DNA of 64,000 bases from an uncultured virus (IMG/VR IMGVR_UViG_3300029309_000012) (taxonomy: Duplodnaviria > Heunggongvirae > Uroviricota > Caudoviricetes): the IMG/VR virus record IMGVR_UViG_3300029309_000012; one strand, given 5' to 3'. The notes under the pieces were generated by a model, which was not told the DNA's origin, searched no databases, and saw only the letters and a list, made by a program, of their open reading frames with translations. Positions 45,561-54,143 of the stretch are shown here, one piece after another (position 1 is the stretch's first letter; each line of letters opens with the position of its first letter). The translations under genes and the position numbers were made by a program.

Positions 45561-46658
45561 CTACAACTCCGCATCAAATGTTGCTGCACCACCTTGAGAA
45601 CTAGTATGGTCGATGGCATACGTTGTGCCACTGGTAAGGCCACTAAAATTAGAAAATCTAACTCTGCCTCCTCCATAAGTGCCGTCTGTTACACCAGAGT
45701 CTGTATCTGCACAACTTGCAGAAGACTGATTGTGGTCTGCTGATGTTATGTTGGTTATTTGAATGACTGTACCGTTGTTGCTAACAGTCGGATTGGCTCT
45801 CATGGGTGGATTGAATGTGACAGAGCAGTCAAAGGCAGAAGTGCTAGACGCTTTACCATACCCTGAACCGATTTGTTGAAAATAACGCTTGCACCGTTCT
45901 AACTCATCTGCAAACGACCGATGCTCGAACGGCGTGGCCTGTTCGCCGAGTTCCATCTGCACTCCTGTCAGGAAAAACGTGCGGCTAGTGCTGTCAAAGA
46001 AAGAGGTAGTGCCACTGCCTACTTGCTCGTTATTTACAGTAGCATCCCACGTTGTCTGTAATGTGCCGCCGGTATAAGTCGAGCCAGCATGTAGATAAAA
46101 CCGGAGCGACAGGCTTTCGGCATTGTCATCATCTAGTGCGCTGCCGCCTGTATCTGCGGGGAATGTAACAGACACTCTGTTCCAGTCTGTCGTCACAGAA
46201 AACTGTGCGCCAATCTGACGACTGTTGTCACTGTCGAAGATACCCACCACATATGTGGCTGTTGCATTTCCCTTCACATAAAAAGACACGGTGATTGGCT
46301 GTGCATTGCTGGTCCCCTTTGCGAACCTCTGACAGTCTTGTCCCTCTAGCCTTTGTTCAATAAAAAACCTTTCACTGGCCGCAATAGATGTGTCTGCCGT
46401 GGTGCAATCCAGCTTCAAAGAATTTGGGATGCCGCTTGGTCCATCAGACGCCTGTGTAACAGTAAACCTGCCAGCAGAATTGCCGTTTGTATTTAGGTGA
46501 AAGCGGTCAACAAGAAACAAGTCAGATGCACCCTGACCAGTGCTGCTGGTTCCCCTCTGGCTAACAGCCATTGAACCGTTCACCAGCACATTCTTGCCAG
46601 TGATACCACCGGCATCTGCCGAACCGGCCAAGTCTGCAAATTCTCTTGCTCTGCTCAT
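45561..46658 (-). CDS. Tail fibre/receptor-binding protein
   Basis: 365 aa, NG.M.VSQRGTS, DRF, GVQMELGEQATPFEHRS, RCKRYFQ motifs. Confidence 0.75.
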   Translation of the reverse strand: MSRAREFADLAGSADAGGITGKNVLVNGSMAVSQRGTSSTGQGASDLFLVDRFHLNTNGNSAGRFTVTQASDGPSGIPNSLKLDCTTADTSIAASERFFIEQRLEGQDCQRFAKGTSNAQPITVSFYVKGNATATYVVGIFDSDNSRQIGAQFSVTTDWNRVSVTFPADTGGSALDDDNAESLSLRFYLHAGSTYTGGTLQTTWDATVNNEQVGSGTTSFFDSTSRTFFLTGVQMELGEQATPFEHRSFADELERCKRYFQQIGSGYGKASSTSAFDCSVTFNPPMRANPTVSNNGTVIQITNITSADHNQSSASCADTDSGVTDGTYGGGRVRFSNFSGLTSGTTYAIDHTSSQGGAATFDAEL

Positions 46659-46670
46659 GATCCGGCCTCC

Positions 46671-49475
46671 TCAACAAGCCATAAGTACACACGGCACAAG
46701 GTAGCTGCCGTCGTCATAGTTGTGTGAAACTGTGGTGCTGGTAACTTTTGCAATCGTCTTGCTGCGAACAATGTCATCGCCCTGCGGCTTGGCAGTGCCG
46801 TCACCTGCCGACATCAGCAAGTCGCCCCGTGCTACTGTTGTGCCTTGTGCAATGCGGATGACCATATCGCCGGTCATTGCGACATTCATGTCATTAAAAT
46901 CGTCGCTTTCATCCCAGTTAACAAATACTCCAGCGACGTTTACATCGCCTTCAACTGACGATACGGCCATACAGTTAAGTTGCTCGTTGTCTTCATCATA
47001 CGCATCAACAGCCGGTGTCTTCTCATCACCCACCTTTTTGCCTTCAGGTATTTCATCGCCATCCTCATAGAGTGTGGCTGCTTGCGCCTCGTGATGCCAC
47101 TTCGCCATCTGGTCTAGGTTAGTCATCACTGTGCCTTTGACTAAGCCGTCAATTTTATTGCCGTCTGTAGCTTGTGACCAGCGAGAAAGGTGGCCACCGT
47201 TATAAGACACGGTGGTGCCGGACACACTAATGTTTCCTTCAGAAGAGTTTGCTTGTCTGAATTGTATAAGTTGACCGTCGCTAGATTGACGATTCAGATA
47301 TATTATAGATTCTGCACTGTTGGTGCTTGTATGGGAAACCTTGAGGTAATGATGATTTGTATTAGCCTCTACAAAAGCGGAGCCTTGTGTACTTAGGCCG
47401 TCTGAAACCGTCCCCTGAGAGGCAATCAATAAACTGCCCGTGCTATTGATACGCATACGTTCTACGTCGTTGACGTAAAATTGCATGTTGTGACCAGCGT
47501 CAGAAGTTGTTCCAGCATCTAACCGCAAGTGGGTGGTATAACCTGTGATGCTGTTTTGTGCGTTTCCACTTGCATCTTCATGCGTTATAAGCGTTGCCGT
47601 ACCATCACTAGACCGGCCTTTGACACCAATTCCTGCTGCGCCGCTGGACGCTTGAACATGCAGCGGACGGGATGGCGTCATGCCGATACCGAGATTGCCG
47701 CTGCCGTCGATGGTCATGCGGGTTGCTGAGGCTGTGCCCACTGTCAGTTTCTGTGTGCTTTGATTGTAATTTAAGAATCCGTCAAATTCCCCACTGCCAG
47801 ATGTAGCATCAGAAAAATACAAACTTCCTGACGACGACGCGCCACTGCGGATTGTAATCCCAGCATTATCTGTATCAGCAACAGTAAGAGTGTCGGCAAA
47901 GTCAGCAAATCCTTCTGTATCTGTGTTGATCAGCACACGGTTATTGCTGCTGTCCACTTTAAGCGTGTTGGTGTCAAAAGACACATCGCCAGTGATGCCG
48001 CCGCTGAACCCAACCGCACCAGCAAATGTGCCGCCGTTGGTCTTGCTTACCATGTCAGCCGTGGTGAATGACTTGAACGCATAGATGTTCACAAGGTCAT
48101 TCGCAGCAGCGCCAGTCGCCAGCACAACAGATGTGCCGTTGGTAGCTGTAAAATCTGACGGGTCGAGGACAATACCGTTCATCACGACTTGCAGATTGTC
48201 TGCCGTGTAAGACAGCGTGGCACTGTTGTCGTCAGAGCCAGAGAATGTAGTCTGCCCTGATGTCGCTGTGTACTCGTACAGGATCAGGCTGACATTGCCA
48301 GCAGATGTGGCGGCGATCCAGTTGGCTCCATCATACACCCGCATCTCGTTGGCGGTGCTATTAAAATATAATGCGCCAGAAACTAGGGGGTTTCCGTCAT
48401 TGTCCTGTGCTGGATTGCTGGTCTTGCTGCCGAGGTAGGTGTCATCAAAGTTATCAAATGCTGTGGCCGCAGATGCAGCACTAGCTGCCGCCGCAGTTTG
48501 ACTTGCCGCCGCAGCCGTGGCAGATGATGCCGCCGCTGTCGCAGAAGCCGCACTATTTGTCTCAGAAGTCGAGGCATTGCTGGCAGAAGTCGCCGCTTCG
48601 GCAGCTTTTGTGGTCGATGTCGCCGCAGATGTCGAGGCAGAAGATGCACTTGATGCCGCCGCCGCCTGACTAGCCGCCGCCTCTGATGCCTTAGTCGTGG
48701 CAGTTGAGGCATTTGCAGCCGCGCCCTGGATGGCGGTGATGTTGGTCGCGTTGGTGTTTACAGAGGAGATGTTGGACGCAACTGTGCCGATGTCAGAAGC
48801 GTCACCAGCCACAGCCGTAACATTGCTGCTGATCCCCGCCACCGAGGCCACATTGCTGGAGATGCCGGCTACTGTGGTTACATTTGATGAGATGCCAGCC
48901 ACAGTCTGAATGGCATCTGTTGCATCGGTGCCATCCTCGATGTCAGCCAGGGTGGCGATGTCGCTGGCGATAGACCCCAGGGTCGTGACATCCGTTGAGT
49001 TAGGTCCAGCCTCTGGCGCACCAGTTGTCGAGTTGAACTGGAGATACTTGCCCTTGCGGTTATCCACGGACGGGATCGTGTAGTCCAGGTTGGTCGGGTC
49101 GGAGAAGTTGCCTTTGAGTGAGCGGTCAACCTTCTCATCAATCTGCTGATCAAAGATGGTCAGTGCGTCTAGCTGCTCATTGAGACTTGAGGCCTTGAGG
49201 TCGCCGGCCGTCACAAAGTCTGTAGTCCGCTCAATGTCCCTGGCACCAATGATGGTGATGCTTTGCGAAGATGTGGCGGCAACCCCCAGGGTCACACTGC
49301 CGGTGCCGTTGCTGTTAATCGTGACTGTATAGTCCGCTGTCTTTGTCAGTAGCGTCGTGTCCTTGAAGACCTGGATATCGTCATCATCCAGTATCTCAAA
49401 GGTAAAAGCATAAGGGCCCGTGCCGGCACTGCCGGACAGTACAACTCTGCGCTTCACTGCATTGATATTCGTCAT
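46671..49475 (-). CDS. Tail fibre (T7 gp17-like N-terminus, A/S-rich stalk, probable C-terminal chaperone)
   Basis: 934 aa; PYAFTF...DYTV...LNEQLD N-terminal anchor; A/S/T stalk; GAGG RBS. Confidence 0.8.
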   Translation of the reverse strand: MTNINAVKRRVVLSGSAGTGPYAFTFEILDDDDIQVFKDTTLLTKTADYTVTINSNGTGSVTLGVAATSSQSITIIGARDIERTTDFVTAGDLKASSLNEQLDALTIFDQQIDEKVDRSLKGNFSDPTNLDYTIPSVDNRKGKYLQFNSTTGAPEAGPNSTDVTTLGSIASDIATLADIEDGTDATDAIQTVAGISSNVTTVAGISSNVASVAGISSNVTAVAGDASDIGTVASNISSVNTNATNITAIQGAAANASTATTKASEAAASQAAAASSASSASTSAATSTTKAAEAATSASNASTSETNSAASATAAASSATAAAASQTAAAASAASAATAFDNFDDTYLGSKTSNPAQDNDGNPLVSGALYFNSTANEMRVYDGANWIAATSAGNVSLILYEYTATSGQTTFSGSDDNSATLSYTADNLQVVMNGIVLDPSDFTATNGTSVVLATGAAANDLVNIYAFKSFTTADMVSKTNGGTFAGAVGFSGGITGDVSFDTNTLKVDSSNNRVLINTDTEGFADFADTLTVADTDNAGITIRSGASSSGSLYFSDATSGSGEFDGFLNYNQSTQKLTVGTASATRMTIDGSGNLGIGMTPSRPLHVQASSGAAGIGVKGRSSDGTATLITHEDASGNAQNSITGYTTHLRLDAGTTSDAGHNMQFYVNDVERMRINSTGSLLIASQGTVSDGLSTQGSAFVEANTNHHYLKVSHTSTNSAESIIYLNRQSSDGQLIQFRQANSSEGNISVSGTTVSYNGGHLSRWSQATDGNKIDGLVKGTVMTNLDQMAKWHHEAQAATLYEDGDEIPEGKKVGDEKTPAVDAYDEDNEQLNCMAVSSVEGDVNVAGVFVNWDESDDFNDMNVAMTGDMVIRIAQGTTVARGDLLMSAGDGTAKPQGDDIVRSKTIAKVTSTTVSHNYDDGSYLVPCVLMAC

Positions 49476-49536
49476 TTCAATACCTCACGGTCCTGTTGGC
49501 TGTTGTAACATGAAGACGCAAAAAAATCCATGTAAC

Positions 49537-52008
49537 CTACCTACCCGTAACGCCCAGGATGTTAGGGGCTCTGTCGGGTTGTGCTTGACCTGGACGCCAC
49601 CAATACTCCTGGTCGTACTCTCTCATCCGGCGTTTCTCTATGCGTCTAAAGCGCCGGTAAGCATCTGGGTCTGACATGAGGCGCAACTGATCCAGGATGG
49701 TCCTCTCTATTGCTAGGCGCAGATACCAGGTCGAGGCACCGGGCATGTTCCTGCCGAAGAAGTCCACCGCCTCTTTGCCGGCGTTGGTGTCTTTCCCCTG
49801 GACCAGTTCCATCACGTTACCGATAGTCAGTTTTCGTAGATCGTTAAGGAAACCAACCCTGGGGCCAGCAATCGTCTCCGACAGTCCTCCGCCAAAGCGG
49901 TTGACGCTAGAGAACAGGAAGTCGCCAAAGATGCCGATGCCGCCACCAGTCAGGAGGGCGTTGCCCCAAAACTCAGGCGTGTCCATTGCGAGAGGGTCAC
50001 GGCCTTTGGATATCTCACGCACCTGGATAGACAGAGCGGCCATCGCTGTGGATGTAATCAGGAGGTCAGCAGCAATCCCGGCCTTACGCCTGGCACCCTT
50101 CTGATACACCGCGGCCTTGATGTTGTTCATGTAGAAAGTGACAGGGAAACTCTTGAACATGGCAAACGACCTGGCAATCTCACCAACCAGGGTGCCGGCC
50201 TTTGTGCCACCGACCAGAGCGGTCCTGCCTCTTACTGACGCAACAGGTACAGCCAGGTTGGTCATGCCCTGGACCATCTCCAGCATCTTGAACGCCAGTT
50301 CGCGGTCAGTCTCCATCATCTCATCAGGGCGCAGAAACTTAGCCCCTTTGAAGTCGTACTGCTCAAAGCCGGCCATCTTGGACCAGTCATCGGCAGAGAT
50401 GCCGTATCTATCCAGGGTCTGGCGGAAAGCGGTGTTGAGTTGTGCATAGGGCGTCTTGGCGTTGTCCGCGATGAAGCCCATGAACTCCATGCCGAAAGCC
50501 CAACGGCCGGCCTGGGTGAATGGCGACAGCAGGGAGATGTTCATAGCCACGTTGGATATGGCCTCAGTCACATTCGGGCCCAGGACATCGTTGGCGTAGC
50601 GTGACTGACCATAAGCCACAGACGACCAGTTCTCTGCCACCAGGCCCATCCTGATAGCTTGCTGCTTGGTCATCTTGCCGGCGGTCATCATGGCAAAAGA
50701 CTTTTGCATTGAGGAGCGGAGGAGGGGCATACCAGCCATCCGCTTGGCAATCCTGGTGAAGTTCGGGTCCGTAGCGATGGCCAGGATCGAAGTCGAGCCC
50801 AGATAGGCAGAGGTCAGAAGATTGCCCAGGCCGGCAAAAGACCTGGCCACTGTGCCATTCACTGGCGCATGAGACTTGCCGGTGATGTAGTCATACATCT
50901 CATCGAACTTGTTATGACGGCCCACTAGCTTGGCTGACTGCTTGTCATTGCCCTTTGCGGCGTCAATCTCTTTGGCTTGCTTTTGCGTCTGTGTCTTGAG
51001 GAACTTGACCGTCGATGTCGGGTTCGGGCCCAGGATTTCGAGCAGAGCCACATCCCTGGCCATACCGTCAATGTGGTTCATCATGATGGAGAAGGTGTCA
51101 CCACCGCCAAAGCTGTCCTGGTACTTGAGCCAGTTGTCTGCGCTGTTGAACACCAGGAAACGATGATCCTGGCGGCGACGGGCTAGAGACTTGCCCTGGC
51201 CACCGACAGAACTCTCCTTGACCTTGGCAAAGCCCTCAGTGGCGATGGTCTCCCATATCTCATCCAGGGCATCCTCAAAGTCCACATCGTTCATCGGCTT
51301 GCCGGTCTTGAAGCTGACCATCTTCTCCTGGTCCAGGAGCGGCCTGATAAACTTCTTCCACTCAACCCTGCCGGCCTTTCGTATAGCCGCGTTGTCATGG
51401 ACCTGGGGCATCCCCCAATCACTGCGCTTGGGGATATCACCGCCGGCCTTGTTGAAAGAGACCCGCAGGAATTCCGATGCCTTCTCCCAAGCCTGGGCCA
51501 GTTCTCGTGCCGCCTGGTCGCCCGTGTTTTCTTTGAATATCTCGCGGACCATGTTTTGCGATGTTGCTTTGGACTTGCGTGTTGTGCGGCCCAGGACCTG
51601 GGTCTTCTTTAACTGAGCAATCACATTGTCCATGAGGGCATGAGCCATACCCCGGACAGCGGCCTGACGGGCTGACACATTGGAGTAGGGGCTCCGGCCG
51701 GTGCCATCACGCTCCAGGAGAGAGATCATGGCCTCGCCAGGATCGTTGCCTTTGAACTCGCCCAGGTTGTTGAGGACGCGGCGTTGAGTGGCCCGTTGCA
51801 GGATCATGCGGCGCTTCTTCTGCTTCGCCTCATACTCCAGGACATCGAAGGTATCACGACCAGCCTGGGCGTCAGCTTCGGCCGGGCCCATCTGCCTGGC
51901 CCGGTTCTCTGCCTTAAACTCACTAAACATCTGCCTGGCACGACTTGCCTGGGGGCCGGTCAGGGTGCCCTCTTTCTCAGCGTTTGCGATACAATCCAAC
52001 AGGCTCAT
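49537..52008 (-). CDS. Large internal virion protein (phage 2)
   Basis: Start MSLLDCI at 52008; WGMPQVHD, FKSFP, GGGIGIFGDFL motifs; upstream of the fibre. Confidence 0.75.
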   Translation of the reverse strand: MSLLDCIANAEKEGTLTGPQASRARQMFSEFKAENRARQMGPAEADAQAGRDTFDVLEYEAKQKKRRMILQRATQRRVLNNLGEFKGNDPGEAMISLLERDGTGRSPYSNVSARQAAVRGMAHALMDNVIAQLKKTQVLGRTTRKSKATSQNMVREIFKENTGDQAARELAQAWEKASEFLRVSFNKAGGDIPKRSDWGMPQVHDNAAIRKAGRVEWKKFIRPLLDQEKMVSFKTGKPMNDVDFEDALDEIWETIATEGFAKVKESSVGGQGKSLARRRQDHRFLVFNSADNWLKYQDSFGGGDTFSIMMNHIDGMARDVALLEILGPNPTSTVKFLKTQTQKQAKEIDAAKGNDKQSAKLVGRHNKFDEMYDYITGKSHAPVNGTVARSFAGLGNLLTSAYLGSTSILAIATDPNFTRIAKRMAGMPLLRSSMQKSFAMMTAGKMTKQQAIRMGLVAENWSSVAYGQSRYANDVLGPNVTEAISNVAMNISLLSPFTQAGRWAFGMEFMGFIADNAKTPYAQLNTAFRQTLDRYGISADDWSKMAGFEQYDFKGAKFLRPDEMMETDRELAFKMLEMVQGMTNLAVPVASVRGRTALVGGTKAGTLVGEIARSFAMFKSFPVTFYMNNIKAAVYQKGARRKAGIAADLLITSTAMAALSIQVREISKGRDPLAMDTPEFWGNALLTGGGIGIFGDFLFSSVNRFGGGLSETIAGPRVGFLNDLRKLTIGNVMELVQGKDTNAGKEAVDFFGRNMPGASTWYLRLAIERTILDQLRLMSDPDAYRRFRRIEKRRMREYDQEYWWRPGQAQPDRAPNILGVTGR

Positions 52009-54143
52009 ACTACGCACCCTCTCAGTCGATCCAGCATCCGCTCATCTTGAGCCAGTTCGGCTTTGATTTGTCGGCCGGTCATCTCAACAGGCACGACCTC
52101 ATCACCGGCCACCATGTCGATGGTCAGGGTCTCGTCGTCAGGCATGTTGTCGAAGTCTGTGTCCCTGGCCACTTGCTCAATGGTGTTGGGCACCTCCGCT
52201 TCCTGGAAGGTGGTTTCCTGGGGTAAGGGCCGCGTGTCAGGGGGGTCTAGGGGCTCGTCTGGTAAGAGACCCCTGTCGAGGTTAGCTGTCGCCTCATCGG
52301 CGCGATTTAGGTGGTCGAAGAGCCTTTCGACTTGCCGAGCAACCTCTTCATCCGGGCTTGCCCCTCCGGGCTGTCCGCGTAGTCCGCTATCCTCTGGTCC
52401 GCTTGCTCGAAGTTGTAGGTCGACCCCTTCAAGGAGTTGTCCGGTGTCTTCGATGACGGGCTTGGGTTGGCCCCTTTGCCCGTTGTTGTCGATGTGCGTG
52501 TAGCCATCTGCAAGTCCTTCCTTCTTGAGTATATTATAGGTATTCATCGGCCCATCGCCAACCTCCTTAATATACTCCAGGGGTATGTAGCGGCCCGTAT
52601 TGAGGAACCGCATAAACATTCTGTTACGGGCATTGATGTAGCTGACATCCATGCCAACCAGGTCAACCTTGTAACCGTTGGCCTTCAGCTTTTTGATAAT
52701 ACGCTGGATAGTAGCTGGCTTACCGCCAACCTTTGGGATGACCATGTTGATGCCTTCATCCAGGGCCTTGGCCATGACGACCTCTGCCAGGAAGCCGCTT
52801 TCCTCATGAACGGCTGTAGCACCGGCACCATCGTTGAACTCAGGCAGCAGCTTCTTGGCCTCATCCGGGTCAATAATTGCCGCGCCATATCTCCTGGCGA
52901 TTGGGTTGGCGATACTAGACTTGCCGGCAGCAGGGGGGCCAAGAATGATGATGGCCTTCTTATCAAACTGCGAAGGAGCGTCAGGGACGGGCATCTTGTC
53001 GTCTACAAAGCCAAGCACCCTGGCGTCGTCGTAAAGCCGCTGTATGGCGCTCTCGTAGCCAGTAAAGGTATCTCCAGTCCTGGGGTCATTGAAGGTCCGC
53101 TCTGTGTCCCATTTGATCGACCCGTAGTCTGGTGCGTTGACTGTCTCAGGTATCGCTTTCAGTGCTGCATCTGCCTGGCGGATCGCCTCGTTGTTCATTA
53201 GCACCGCGTCATCGACATTGTTGTTGAGGTCTTCGACTAGCTTGATCTGAGCCGGAGTTGCCTCATCTGGCGCGGTGAAGGTCTCCGGGATGTCAGTCGT
53301 TAGCGCATCAAAGTCGTCCAGGGCGTCGATGGCCAGATCAGCCTCACGGGCAGGGATGGCATTGCCGCGGAATAGTTCCAGGCCCTTACGCACCTGGTCA
53401 GTGGTCATAGCCACACCCTTACCAGCGCCCATTAGGACAGGGGGCAGACCAGCACCAATGACGCCACCGATACCGATGTTGATGAGCATTTGCTCATAGG
53501 AATAGTCCAGGCCCAGGGACTGATACCACTCCCGCACCCCAGGCTGGAGGATCGCCTCAGTGCCGGCACCAATCAGGCCCTCTGCCAACATAGCGCCACC
53601 TAGCTTTCTGTGCCGCATAAAGGCCATCGGCCCCATCATAACCATCTGGTCCAGGAAGGCCTGGTCTGTGAAAACACCACCACCCTGGCCAATGAAGCCG
53701 CCTACCTTGCCCATAGTCGTCTCACGGCTTCTGGCTTCTTCTCCTGCCTCAATCGCAGCCAGGGCTTGCTCTTTGATCCTGGCGTCCAGGGTTGAGCGGG
53801 ACAGGTCAGAAAACTCAGGATAGAGTTCGCGGTTCTCATCCAAGTGCGTAAACAGCTTTTCTAAGGACTGCGCTCTCGACCTGTCACTGTGCCCCATCGA
53901 ATCGGACGCACCAAAGTATCTGCCAGGATTAGAGAAGGTCAGGCCCTGGCGCTCACTGATCGCGTCAATCAGGGGCTGCAACTCTTCGCTCATGAGATCA
54001 GTGTAGGTGTCGATATTGGAGCCGCGGACCTGGGCCTCATACGCCGCGCCCATAGCATCGAAGAAGCCCAACTCCTCTCCACCAAATCCAAAGGGCGTAT
54101 CTCCGACGCCAGTGTTGTAATACTGGTCGAAGAAGATGCTCAT
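52005..54143 (-). CDS. Internal virion protein with a zeta-toxin-like P-loop kinase domain
   Basis: GPPAAGKS Walker A, IIDPDEAK, VHEES, RFLNTGR motifs inside a 712 aa ejection-type protein. Confidence 0.75.
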   Translation of the reverse strand: MSIFFDQYYNTGVGDTPFGFGGEELGFFDAMGAAYEAQVRGSNIDTYTDLMSEELQPLIDAISERQGLTFSNPGRYFGASDSMGHSDRSRAQSLEKLFTHLDENRELYPEFSDLSRSTLDARIKEQALAAIEAGEEARSRETTMGKVGGFIGQGGGVFTDQAFLDQMVMMGPMAFMRHRKLGGAMLAEGLIGAGTEAILQPGVREWYQSLGLDYSYEQMLINIGIGGVIGAGLPPVLMGAGKGVAMTTDQVRKGLELFRGNAIPAREADLAIDALDDFDALTTDIPETFTAPDEATPAQIKLVEDLNNNVDDAVLMNNEAIRQADAALKAIPETVNAPDYGSIKWDTERTFNDPRTGDTFTGYESAIQRLYDDARVLGFVDDKMPVPDAPSQFDKKAIIILGPPAAGKSSIANPIARRYGAAIIDPDEAKKLLPEFNDGAGATAVHEESGFLAEVVMAKALDEGINMVIPKVGGKPATIQRIIKKLKANGYKVDLVGMDVSYINARNRMFMRFLNTGRYIPLEYIKEVGDGPMNTYNILKKEGLADGYTHIDNNGQRGQPKPVIEDTGQLLEGVDLQLRASGPEDSGLRGQPGGASPDEEVARQVERLFDHLNRADEATANLDRGLLPDEPLDPPDTRPLPQETTFQEAEVPNTIEQVARDTDFDNMPDDETLTIDMVAGDEVVPVEMTGRQIKAELAQDERMLDRLRGCVV

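Noticed and set aside
48440..48960. Repetitive GCC/GCA-rich DNA resembling a repeat array
   Set aside because: It encodes the A/S/T stalk and VAGISSNV repeats of the tail fibre; there is no repeat-spacer structure, so it is not CRISPR
45561..49475. Diversity-generating retroelement acting on tail fibres
   Set aside because: No reverse transcriptase and no template/variable repeat pair seen in the window
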